NCBI RefSeq assembly: GCF_018350175.1
Contig: NC_058383.1
Span: 25,174,001 to 25,238,000 of the forward strand
Direction of reading: 5' to 3'
Source of the DNA: Felis catus
Taxonomy: Eukaryota
Length of the DNA stretch: 64,000 nt
A program made the translations under genes and the position numbers. The notes below the pieces were generated by a model that worked only from the letters and a program-made list of their open reading frames with translations, did not search any database and was not told the origin of the DNA. The first letter of the stretch is position 1. Each line of letters begins with the position of its first letter. This document shows positions 1 to 11,800 of the stretch, in pieces.

Positions 1-780
1 AGACATTTCCTATTAAGACATTGAACATACCATGCCACTCCCTTCTGGCTTGCCAAGTTTCTTTTGAGAGATCTGCAGCCAGCCTTATGGGTCTTCCCTT
101 GTCAGTTAGGGACTTCTTTTGTCTTGCTGCTTCTAGAATTTTTCTTTATCACTATATTTTGCAATTTTAATTAAATATGCCTCGACGTTGGCTGCTTTTG
201 TTTATTTTGATGGGAGTTAGTACCTCCTGGATTTGGATGTCTGTTTCTGTCCCCAGAACACGGAAGTTTTCAGCTATGATTTCCTCAAACAAAATTTCTG
301 CCCCCTTTTCTCTCTTCTTCTTCTTCTGAGACTCCTATAATACAAATGTTATTATGTTTGATGGAGTCACTGAGTCTTCTCAGCAAGACCCTACTTTTTC
401 ATTCTTTGGGGTATATACCCAAGAGTGAAATTGCTAGTAATTCTATTCTATTTTATTTTACTTTATTTATAATTTTTTTAGAGAGGGATAGAGTAAGTGC
501 ACAAGTTGGGGGAGGGGCAGAGGGAGAGGGAGAGGGAGAAAGAGAAGCTCATGTAGGCTCTATGCCCAGCACAGAGCTCAATGCAGGGCTTGATCTTACA
601 AACTGGGAATCATGACCTGAGCTGATATCAAGATGCTTAACTGACTGAGCCACCTGGGTGCCCCAAATACTAATTCTATTTTAAATATTTTTGAGGAGCT
701 GCCATAGTGTTTTTCAGAGAAGCTGTACCTTTTTACATACCCACCAGGGATGCACAAGGATTCCCATTTGTCTTAGTTTT
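1..780 (-). mobile_element. L1 fragments (ORF1-region and ORF2-3' pieces), interrupted by a SINE
   Basis: Antisense L1-like text, e.g. ttctttggggtatatacccaagagtgaaattgct and catagtgtttttcagagaagctgtacc. Confidence 0.65.
450..664 (-). mobile_element. Can-SINE
   Basis: T-rich tail, GA-rich segment, ...ctgactgagccacctgggtgcccc; flanking taattctatt duplication. Confidence 0.85.
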
Positions 781-1449
781 GTTTTGAAATAGTTTTGATT
801 TCACGGATTACTCTGGAAGAGTCTCAGGTATCCTCAGGGGTTCCCATATCATAGTTTGAGATCAGTAACACAAAGACAAAGAAAAAATCCACTCCTGCTC
901 CCTGATACTCTACCTGCCTTATACATCTCTCTTCTGAAGTCTGGATTTGTGCTTTCTCCTGCACCTGTTACTCCCTCTTCCCTGTGCAAATACCCTCTGG
1001 TTCCTCAGCTCCAGTGTTAGGAACCTCTTTACCCATGACTATATAGTACAGCTATATACGAGCTATAGAAGCTCATGATTAAGGACGAAGGACCTGAAGT
1101 CTGCCTGGATTTGAATCTGGCTTCCACTGCTACTGCATTGTGTGCTCTTGAAGAAGTTGTTACTCTTTCTCCGAGTCTCAGTCTTATTTGAAAATGGGGG
1201 ACAGTCCTAGAAAACCATTTAGACGAGTGAGGATTGAACTTCATAGTGCATATCAAACACACCCAGCCACAATAAAATGTTTAGAATACCTCTGGTAGGG
1301 ACCACTAGAAACTGGTAACCTCAGTTGCTTCTGGAGAGGGGAGCTAGTTTGACTTTGAATTGGATCCAGTGGGCTTTTTTATTAACTTATTCAAATTAAA
1401 GTTTTATTTATTAAAAAGGACTTCAACCATCTCCACTTTGACCACAGTT

Positions 1450-1881
1450 TGTACTTTCTAACTGATTAAGCTCTTTCCAGCTTACCTTTTAATTCGGACA
1501 AAAGACCCCGCGGGCAAAGCATCCTCTGCCAGAAATGAACCTACTCCCTCAAGCAAGAATAACTGCCCTGATTTAGCAAGACCCTGGGGGACTGACCAAG
1601 GCAAAGACCCACCTGACCTTTACTGCCCCTCTGCCCATACCCACCAACCTTTGTGCCACATTTTCCTTACAAAAGCCTGGAAATACGTTCAACACTTTGG
1701 AGACAGTGTTTGAGATGCTAGTCTGCTGTCTTCCCGGTGTTGACCTCACTGAAATGCATTCCTTTCTTGTTCACCACCACTTGCCTGTTTGCCTTTGAAT
1801 TTTGTCAGTGGTGAGTGACCAAACCTGATCTGGTTGGGACCCCAGAGCCAGGTGCTCTTGCATTCCTTCACCCCAGCTACA
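1450..1881 (+). mobile_element. Probable ERV solo LTR (boundaries approximate)
   Basis: TGTA...TACA termini and LTR-like R/U5 text; no clear TSD. Confidence 0.45.
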
Positions 1882-3696
1882 TTTCCTTTTTCAGAGTAAA
1901 TAGGTAAATTGTTTTCTTAAAAAAAAAAATGCATTCTCATACAACGAACAGTAAATTATAGCAAGACTAGAATGGGAGACTTGGAGAACTGTCTTTGGAC
2001 TCAAATTCACACACCTGCATGGACCGAGGGTCTGGGAGTCATGGTTCCTTCCTGTTGATCACCTGGATGCAGCAGATTTGGGGAATGAGGGTTGTGATCC
2101 TGGAACAGCAATTGGGGCCTCCCAAATGGAAGGAAGTTCAAGAGAAAGTAATTCATCCTCCCCTTTTCTGGGAGAACCCCCAGACCTGTGTGGTCCGGAC
2201 ATTCTGGAGCCAGCCAGGTTCCCCTAGATAAGCCATGGAATACCACCTTCCCTGGATATATCTGGTTTTGCCAAACAGTCAACAAATATTTACTGGCTGC
2301 TTCTCTCAGATGGACACAAAGATGACTAAGACAGATCTCTCCCAGTTTGGAGTTGAGATAGCTAAAAGCATGGAAAATGATTAGGTTCATTTTAGATACT
2401 GGTAAGGGTTGTCAGAGGTCAAATCATGTCACACCTCTGCTCAGTGCCACGACTGAATCCCAATTTCATGTAAAAGGACTATCCAAGTGTTTACCACATT
2501 ATCCAAGTTCCTGCATGGTCTTCACCCACATTTCCATCCTCTCTGGCTTGATGTCCTGCCCACTTACCACATACTCGCTGCCCATTCAGATCCACTGGCA
2601 CACCCTGCCTTGGGACCAGTGACTTTGTGGTTTCTTCTCAGACCACTTTCCCCCATGTGTCTAGGGATAACCCCCTCTCCTCCTTCAAATCTTTGCCAAA
2701 GACTTTTCTCACCTTCTCAGGGAAGCTTACCTTCACCACATACTCCAAATGGTAATCCACCTCAAAAATGGTTCTGCCTTCCATCCCCTCTATGAAGTAC
2801 TCCATTTTCCTTAATACTCAATACTTTCTAACATATTATAGAATTTACTTATTCATAATTTTTTGCCTCTGTCTCCTTCCATTAGAATCTAAAGTGTATG
2901 AGGGAAGAGATCTTTGCCTGTTTTGGAGATGATTGACCTTGAGAACTTAGAACAGTATGTAGCACACAGTGGGTACTCAGTAAACATTACAGTGAATTAA
3001 TGAGGTCTATGAAGGAAAACACAGACTGTGGAAGTAAGAAAAAAAAAACACCACACACACACCCTGGGTAAGGCTGGGCTGGGGAAGAGACGTAGCTCTA
3101 GGCTGGATTTAAGTTTAGATTTAGATTGGACTAAACATCTTAATGCCTGAAAATGAGGTATGAAAAGGAATAAAAAGATAAGGAATCTGTCCCAGGGCAT
3201 ATAGTCTTTTGGGTGAGGCAGAGAGGATGGACATAGTGGGTCTGGATATCAGTAGCAGGAGGAAAAAATCTACAAATCTATTGTCTGACTATAGACCATC
3301 AAGCCCAGTCCACTCATTATCTCCATTATTTCTGCCACCGTATGGTTAGGGGGTGCCCTGGGATTCCCCCCAAAAGATCCTTAACATGGGCTCAGGGAAA
3401 GCTTTGCACAATAAATGACTTAAAAGCTGAGCCTCAGTATAGTTGAGCCCTCTGGCCAGGGACAGGCAAAGTGAGTGAACAAAGATACTACTTTCTTACA
3501 CCATACACAAGAATAAATCCAAAATGGATTAACAACCTAAATGTGAGACCTGAAACCATAAAAAGCCTAGAAGAGAACACAGGCAGTAATCTCTTTGACA
3601 TTGGCCACAGCAACTTTTTTCTAGACATGTGTCCAGAGGCAAAGGAAAGAAAAGCAAAAATCAACTATTGGGACTTCATCAAAATAAATAGCTTCT

Positions 3697-3897
3697 GGGG
3701 TGCCTGGGTGGCTCAGTCAGTTAAGTGTCCAACCTCAGCTCAGGTCATGATCTCATGATTCATGAGTTCAAGCTCCGCGTCGGGCTCTGTGCTGACAGCT
3801 GAGAGCCTGAAGCCTGCCTTGGATTCTGTGTGTGTGTAGCTCTCTGCTCCTCCCCCACTCACGCTATGTTTCCCTGTCAAAAATAAATAAACATTTA

Positions 3898-3932
<35 letters not shown>
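3697..3932 (+). mobile_element. Can-SINE within L1
   Basis: ggggtgcctgggtggctcagtcagttaag head, (TAAA)n tail, agcttct on both flanks. Confidence 0.92.
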
Positions 3933-4381
3933 AGCTTCTGCACAGTGAAGGCAACAATCAAAAAACTAAAAGGCAACCTATGGAATGGGAGAAGATATTT
4001 GCAAATGACCTATCAGATAAAGGGTTTGTATCCAAAATATATAAAGAACTTATCAAACTCAACACTCAAAAAACAAATAATCTGATTAAAAATGGGCAGA
4101 AGACATGAACAGACATTTCTCCAAAGAAGACATCCAGATGGCCAACAGACACATGGAAAGATACTTATCATCAGGGAAATGCGAATCAAGACCACAGTGA
4201 GGTATCACCTCACACCTGTCAGAATGATTAGAAACAGCAACACAAGAAACAACAGGTATTAGTAAGGATGTGGAGAAAAAGGAACCCTAGTGCACTGTTG
4301 GTGGGAATGCACAGTGGAGCAGCCACTTTGAAAAACAATGTGGAGGTTCCCTTAAAAAAAATTAAAAATAGAATGACTCTA

Positions 4382-4615
4382 GGGGCGCCTGGGTGGCTCA
4401 GTCGGCTGAGTATCTGATTTCAGCTCAGGTAATGATTTCACCATTCGTGGGTTCCAGCCCTGCGTCAGACTCTGTGCTGACAGCTTGGAACCTGGAGTCT
4501 GCTTCAGATTCTCTCTCTCTCTCTCTCTCTCTGCCCTTCCCCTGTTCATTCTCTGTATCTCCCTGTCTCCATCTCTCTAAAACTGAATAAAACATTTAAA
4601 ATTTTTTTAAAAAAA
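4382..4615 (+). mobile_element. Can-SINE within L1
   Basis: ggggcgcctgggtggctcagtcgg head, (CT)n, A-rich tail. Confidence 0.9.
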
Positions 4616-6745
4616 CAAGAACTACTCAGCCATCAAAAATAATGAAATCTTGCCATTTGCAATGACATGGATGGAGCTAGAGAGTGTATTTCTAAGTGAA
4701 ATAAGTCTGTCAGAGAAAGACAAATACCATGATTTTACTCATAAGTGGAATTTAAGGAACAAAACAAAGAAGCAACGGAAAAAGAGAAAGAAATAAACCA
4801 AGAAACAGACTCTCACTATAGTGATCAAACTGGTGGTTACCAGAGGGGAAGGGGGTGGGGAGATGGGTGAAATAGGCGATGGGGATTAAGGGGTGCACTT
4901 GGCATGATGAGCAGTGGGTACTGTATGGAATTGTTGAATCACTAATATCGTATCCCTGAAACTAATACAACACTGTATGTTAACGAACTGGAATTAAAAC
5001 AAAAACTAAAAGAAATAATAATAAGAAAAGGAACAGGGTGAAGAGTGTGAGGAGAAAGAGATGGGACCCTGGAAAAGGTGGGCAGGGGTCTTGGCAGAGA
5101 AAGGACAGAGGTGGAGACCCAGGGAGGGGCTGCTGTGCAAAATGTCCCCAGCTTCAGCCTTTCCATTTGTTAAATAGTGATTTTAATGCTCTCTTCTCAG
5201 GATTCGAGTGGGAAACTGCTTGGATCCGTTTTCCCCAAGATGGCTCTTGCAAGATGATTTTGCTTGAGCAGTGTTCACGTTCACTTTTTTTTTTGATGCA
5301 CAAATGCATTAGGAAAAAAATGAACAGGACTCCAGACTCATCCTCTAACATATATATATTGCTTAGGGTGAAGATACTTTTGTTTAAATGTGAGTTGATT
5401 TATAGCACAGATGGTATGTGGAGACAGCCACGTTTCTGAAGGTAACATGGGAGTGAGTGAAGGTGAGAAATAACAGAGTTAGAGGACTTTAGCAGAGCAT
5501 CTAGCACAATGCCTGGCACAGAGTAAATAGTCAACAGAGGGATGGTAGCAGTTCTTGTTGTGGCTGTTGTGATTACAATGACTTCTAAGGCTGGGGCTGC
5601 TGGTGGGGAAGTGTGGGGTGCTGGTGCCTGGCTCCCAAGGGTGCAGCTGCAGCTGAGTTTTGCCTTTTTCGTTTTGGAGACAAGCTGGGCTGGGGCGACT
5701 GTGGGAGAAATGGCTGAAGCGGGGAGGAGCGGTCAAGGTATCAGTTTGGGAGGGTTCTTGGGGGAGGGTGAGTGGGCCTCCCCATGCCTCCACCCCTGCC
5801 CTTCATCATCCTTGGCTTATACTGACTGAAGTCTGGACAAAGGACCCTGGGTGGGGAGCTCTGATTAACGCTAGAGAACAGACTGGCTCAGCCAAGGGGC
5901 TTAGAGGAGAAGACTCCAGTTCCAAGTCCCTGGCTTTTAAGGAACTGACAATTTGCGGGGCTCATTAGGAATTCCAGCAGTGTCTTATACATGACTCCAA
6001 ACCCCTGCTAAGAGCACTAATGGGGTTGCAAAGCCAGACCTGTTGGGTTGGGGTAAATCACCAAAGCCCTCTGAATTTCCACCTTTAAAATTAAGAGAAT
6101 TAAAAAAAAAATTAAATTAAATTAAATTAAGAGAATTTGTCCATGCCATAAGGGCAAAAGACTTAAAAACAAGTAAATCACTTTTGACAAGTTTGTTTTT
6201 TTTTTTTTCTTTTTAAGAGCTAGTGAAACTTTAAGAGGATTATTTCACGCCATAAACCTTCAGGGGCTTCTTAGCACTCGTTGAAGACAAAATTCCTAAC
6301 AAGCCATCCTGAACTACAAACTGCATAACCTCTTTGTTCTACCTGTAAAATGCAGATATGTTATCAGTAACTATTCAACAAGATGGTTGAGAGTTAAGAC
6401 ATTTGGAACTGTGTCTGGACATAGCTGGTGCTGAGTGTGAGCTGTTCTTAGAAACACAAACCTATCTCTCCCACCTCAGGGCCTTTGCACATGCTATATT
6501 CTTTATTCAGAACACTGGGTCCCAATCTTTTTACTTAGTTTCCTTCCACCTTTCAATCTCAGTTCACCAGGGACTTCCTTATGGAAGGCTGTCCTGATAT
6601 CCTGAGTCCTCCCATAGATTGATCAGTCCCGTCAATCTATGTTTTAACTAAACTCTTTCCCTCGTGGCACTTATCACAGTTGTGCATTATGTGCCTTATT
6701 CTTTTGATGAATAACATCAATGTCCCCACTGGACTGTAAGGCTAG

Positions 6746-7119
6746 AGTCATGGGCTGAATTGTGTCCCCCAAATTCATATGCTAAAGTACTAATCCCCAA
6801 TACCTCAAGTTGTATTTGGAGATGGGGCCTTTAACGTGGTGATTAGATTAAACTGGGGTCACCAGGCCCTCATCTAATCTGACTGGTGTTCTTATAAGAA
6901 GAGGATATTAGAACATAGACACATACAAAAGAGGGAGGAACATGTGAGGACATAGGAGAGGATGGCCATACAGCCAAGGAGAGAAGTCTCAGAATTAAAT
7001 TAACCCCACTGACACCTTGAACTTGGACTTCCAGCCTCCAGAACTGTGGAAACAAATTTCTGTTGTTAAAGCCACACAGTCTGTGGTACTTGTTATGAAA
7101 TCCCAAACAGACTCACATA
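6746..7119 (+). mobile_element. MaLR (MLT1-type) LTR
   Basis: tgggctgaattgtgtcccccaaattcatatg start; ggacttccagcctccagaactgtg...aaatttctgttgttaaagcc end. Confidence 0.8.
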
Positions 7120-7470
7120 GGTATCAACTGAGTTGGATTTTGCTTCTTTTTGTATTCCCAGAGCCCAGCACTGAGCAGGTGCTCCATAAATATTGACTGG
7201 TGGGTGAATGGAGGTGCTGGGGGTCAGGCAAACAGCACTAAAGATCACTTGAGCTTTTATCTGCTTTGCTGCACATGGCTGGTCTCAGCTGCCCAGAACC
7301 ACCTCTTTCTGTTTCTGGGCCTGGGACATGGCTTTGGGTCTTTATGTCTTTCCGGGGCACAATGTAATACACTAGCACTTGGGGGATGATGTGTTGGTCT
7401 GTGGATGCAGATTGTGGCTTGGGGGAGTTGTTTCTTTAAAATAATTTTTTCATTAAAATAGTTAACACAC

Positions 7471-7711
7471 GGGGCGCCTGGGTGGCGCAGTCGGTTAAGC
7501 GTCCGACTTCAGCCAGGTCTCGATCTCGCGGTCCGTGAGTTCGAGCCCCGCGTCAGGCTCTGGGCTGACGGCTCGGAGCCTGGAGCCTGTTTCCGATTCT
7601 GTGTCTCCCTCTCTCTCTGCCCCTCCCCCGTTCATGCTCTGTCTCTCTCTGTCCCAAAAATAAATAAAAACGTTGAAAAAAAAATTAAAAAATAAAATAA
7701 GAAATAAAAAA
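7471..7711 (+). mobile_element. Young felid Can-SINE
   Basis: CpG-rich intact body; perfect 15-bp TSD aaaatagttaacaca at 7455-7469 and 7712-7726. Confidence 0.95.
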
Positions 7712-8085
7712 AAAATAGTTAACACAGACTCACTGAGAAAGCCAGGAAAATAAAGAAACACACAGAAAGGAAAGAACTATCGTCCACTATTTTCAATCCC
7801 CAGGAATATTGCTCTTAGCACAAGTATTTCCTTTCAGGCATTTTTCCATAGTTTTCCCTTTCCCTTTCAAAGTTTTGGTTCTCCACTATACATATACTGT
7901 TTTTATTCTGATTTAAAATTAATTTAGCTCAAGTTTTCCCCAAGGCATATTTTTTAAAGCCTCAATATTTATTGAGTTAATCTATTACACTTCAGTTAAT
8001 CATTGCCTTATTGGTTGGACATTGAATTTTTCAATTTTTTTCAGTTTTAACACAATGCTCCAGAAATGTCCTTTGAATTCCTTCC

Positions 8086-8297
8086 TTTTTTTTTCTCCCT
8101 AAGTTTATTTATTTATTTTGAGACAGAATATGAGCAGGGGAGGGGCACAGAAAGAGAGAGACAGAGAGAATCCCAAGCAGGCTCCGAGCTGTCAGCACAG
8201 AGCCCAGCGTGGGTCTCTATCTCATGAACCGTGAAATCATGACCTGAGCTGAAACCAAGATTTGGAGGCTTCACCAACTGAGCCGCCCAGGCACCCC
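8086..8297 (-). mobile_element. Can-SINE downstream of the ACSM5 stop codon
   Basis: tttattt tail, ...gagccgcccaggcacccc head. Confidence 0.9.
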
Positions 8298-8763
8298 TGA
8301 CTCCTTTCTTTTATAATGACTGCTAAACAGAATTTCTGAGCTAAAGGATATGACCAATTTTTTATGACCCTGGATGTGATTACCAAATGGCTTTATCAAA
8401 AGGGTCGAGTGGTTATACTCCAATGGGCAGTGAATGAGATCACAGGTGCCCTGACTCTGTGATGACCTGTCCTTCAGAGAGCCGGCTGGAAGGAAGACCA
8501 GTGGGTGGCTGCTGAGGATGCCTCCAGACAGAGGAGGGGGAAGTCAAACCACCAAACACCGCCACTAGACTGGTGGTGGATGTGCACTCTGGGTTAGTAA
8601 TGTTCTTCTGTTCTCTTCCTCCAGGGTCTTCCAGGTTCCTCCAATGATTCTGGAGATGCCCATTTGGAACTGAAAGCCTCTGATACTGTAAGGTGGAAGG
8701 GATGATGCTCCAAACAAGGACTGACCAGTGATCGCACCAGCTCCTCTTAGAAGCTTCTGAGGC

Positions 8764-8874
8764 CTATGGGGCCTTTCGTGGGCTGCCTCTCGTCTCCCCC
8801 CACTCTTGGCTTCTCAATTTACTCCTTTGGATCTTTCCAGAAACCGTCTTGGGCAGTTCTGAAACAAAGGTCAC
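8764..8874 (-). CDS. ACSM5: ACSM5 last coding exon ([36 protein letters not shown])
   Basis: TAG acceptor; A10 motif PKTVSGK with catalytic Lys; stop TAG at 8766-8764. Confidence 0.92.
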   Translation of the reverse strand: MTFVSELPKTVSGKIQRSKLRSQEWGETRGSPRKAP

Positions 8875-11800
8875 CTAGTGGCCATAAACAAAAACATTTT
8901 GAAATCATCATTTCCCAGAAAGACTTCTGTCTTGAGTCATTACCCTCTGCTGCTTCCTTGGAAAACCTCCGTGATTCATAGATTGCTCCAAATGGCAAAG
9001 ACCAAAATGGCTAGGGCCTGGGGCATATGATCTTGCCAGCAGCAATTCAGCACCATCCCCCTAAACCTGGTTTATGCCACTTTTTAGGGTCAGAACAAAC
9101 TGTAGTTTGGGGTGGGCCCGATGGGGAAATAGGGAGAAAAGGCTGAAGCAGCAGGTAGAGTTATTTGTATCTTCATCCCCCCAGCACCTGACTCTGAGAG
9201 AGAATCCACCTAGTGTGTGCTTAGGTGATTTCCCAGCTCATCATGTCCTAGAACCCCCGATGTTTACCTTCCTGGGGTACTTGTATGGAGCAGTCACCCT
9301 CTTCACATGCTCCTGGAGCTCCCGAGTTAGTTTCTCTGGATCTTGAGAGGAGTAAGTTGGAGAAAGGACTATAAAAGCCTTCACCACCTGCCAGAAAAAA
9401 AAAAATCCAAAAACAAAACCCCCAAACCAGAAAGAATCAGGCCCTGTATAACAACTCTTTTCTCCTTAACCTAGCCTTGTAAATAAGTGCTTACACTTGC
9501 CAGCCCAGCACGAAAATCCTGCCAGCAGGATTCAGCCAGCGAAATGGACGACATCATTTTTTTTGCCCTGTTGCCTCCTTTCCAGGAACAACTATTGGAA
9601 GCACTGGCTTTTATGGAATGATTCCAGGATCCTACCTGTTTCCCAAACTTCTCTCCTTTCCTGAAATGACACCATTAGCAGTCAATGGGCTTCTCTTCCA
9701 ATGGAAATACTTTGGAGTAAAGAGCTTCACAAACTCTAAGGACTCTAAGGGTCCATACCTTCCAGGTCTTCCTGACTAGAAAGGTAACTGGCAATGCCCC
9801 AGATAGGCAGGATTCGGGAAAATGCAGACCACTCTCCCAAGGAGAGATGGGTCTTTCTGAGCCCGCGTATATGAGTGTTTACAATCAGCAAACGTTTTGC
9901 TGCACAGCTTCCATGCCAGGCATCCTGAGGGACATTCTGCACCTTGGTAGTTTCTGCCTGAGTCTTTCTTTGCAGGCTGCCTCCTGCCATGGAGGAGGAG
10001 TCCTGAATTCAGGCACAACAGAACATGGTTTCTGATAGGAATGGAAGAGTTCAAAGGCCAGTAGGTTGCTTATCCACCCCAGCATATAGCTCAGTCAACA
10101 ACATCCTGTTAGGTGGTGGTTCACCATCCTTGCATACTTCCCAAAGGCGGGCATCTCACTACCATTCCAAGTTCAAACAGATCTGGTTATTAGGAAGGGC
10201 TTTCTCTGGCCGTTAAAACTACCAAACATTTACTGAGTACCTTCTACACGCCAGGTTCTGTTCTGAGTACTATAAGCCGATTAACTGTGCACACAGCCAT
10301 TTGTCAAAACCCCAGTTAATTTGTGGCATACAAAACTAGCTGTACTTTTCCAGCTGTGATTGCTCCAACACAGACATGGGGTTCCCACCTCCCTTTTTCC
10401 AAATTAGTGGCCTCAAAGTTTTTTTTCATGTTAACTGATTTATTTTAAGATGGCAGGGAGGGGCAGAGAGTGATGGAGAGAATCCCAAACAGACTGCGCT
10501 GTTATGAACTGTGAGATCGTGACCTGAGCTGATTCAAGAGTCAGATGCTTAACCAAATGAGCCACCCAGATGCCTGAAAGTTTAATGGGCACCAGGATCA
10601 CTTGGATAGGGGCTTCTGGTCAAAATGAAGATGCCTTGGGCTGCATCCCCAATCGCTCTGATTCAGCAAGACTGACTTCAGGTCTAGAAATCTATAGTAA
10701 AAAAAATTTTTTTTAAACGTTTATTTTTGAGAGGGACAGAAAGACAGACCATGAGTGGGGGAGAGGCAGAGAGAGAGAGAGGGAGACACAGAATCTGAGG
10801 CAGTCTCCAGGCTCTGAGCTGTCAGTACAGAGCCTGACGTGGGGCTTGAACTTACCACGAGATCATGACCTGAGCCAAAGCTGGACAGTTAACTGACTGA
10901 GCTACACAGACACCCTTACAAATTTTGTATTTTAAACAAAATGATGCAGCTGTGAGTAGTCCAGGGCCCAGATGAGAATCACTCTTGTGGCCCTGGTGCT
11001 TCTGAGAACAGAGCCCGATTTTGCACCAACTTTCATAAGGTAACTACACTGTAAGTAGGATTATGTTGCATTTACAGCCAGTGAAAAACACATAGGTCTG
11101 CCTATGGGCTTAATCCTCCCATTCTATCTATTCTGCTGGGACCCATGGGAAGAAATTTTCATTTCTTCTAAGAAAGGTCAGCTTATTAAACTTGGCCCAT
11201 CCTTCCGCTATATCAAGGTCACTTTGGATACTTATTGTGTCTTCCCTCAAGTTGGATATTCCTCAGCAGTCATGTCTGGCATGCTTGCTATATCCTCACC
11301 TGCAAACGGAAAGTACTCTTTATTGGCCAGGATGGATGACAGAGCCTGCGTTCACCAAGATTTCCTGCCCAACAGTCCACCTCTTTTGGACCCAGTTCTA
11401 TGTTCACTTGACAGCAAAGCGTTGGCATCTTCTCATCATGTCCCTCTAGACAGTCTGTCTCTAAATACATGAGGGTAATGCTTAACCAAAAGGAATGTGT
11501 GCCTGATGGTGACACTCAGACTTTGTAATATCTGGAGTCAGGGGAAGATATGGGGGAGTTTCCATCTTACTCTGCTGGGTGCTAACAGGTACACAACCAG
11601 AAGGAAATATTCTTGGATGGACTAGTTACCTCCCCTCTGATGGGGTCTGGACTGCTGACCACAGCAGTCTCCAGGACAGCTGGGTGCTCGGCAAGGGCAC
11701 TTTCCACTTCAACAGGCCCAATCCGGTAGCTGGAAGAGAAAAGCAAACTCTTCTAAGTAACCTACCCGCCCCCACCAAGCTTCAAAGAGAGAAGGAAAGA

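Larger units (their letters stand above)
3488..5025 (+). mobile_element. 5'-truncated carnivore L1 (ORF2 C-terminus plus 3' UTR) carrying two SINE insertions
   Basis: Translates to ORF2-like LTPYTRINPKWINNLNVRPETIKSLEENTG; G-rich 3' UTR; A-rich tail near 5000-5025. Confidence 0.9.

Noticed and set aside
900..1490. Minus-strand donor-like sites (CAG|GTAGAG near 914, AAG|GTAAGC near 1487) as a first exon of the next ACSM gene
   Set aside because: No independent support in the window; such sites are frequent by chance
2270..2296. FOXA/HNF1-like cluster gtcaacaaatatttac as a promoter for a downstream ACSM gene
   Set aside because: Matches the common L2 3'-end text (caacaaatatttattg); no ACSM2-like coding exon found in 1-8000
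3471..3758. 95-aa ORF resembling a reverse-transcriptase-family protein
   Set aside because: Fragment of a truncated L1 ORF2 running into a SINE; not a gene
7471..7560. tRNA gene (A/B-box-like sequence)
   Set aside because: tRNA-derived head of a Can-SINE, followed by (CT)n and an A tail with TSD
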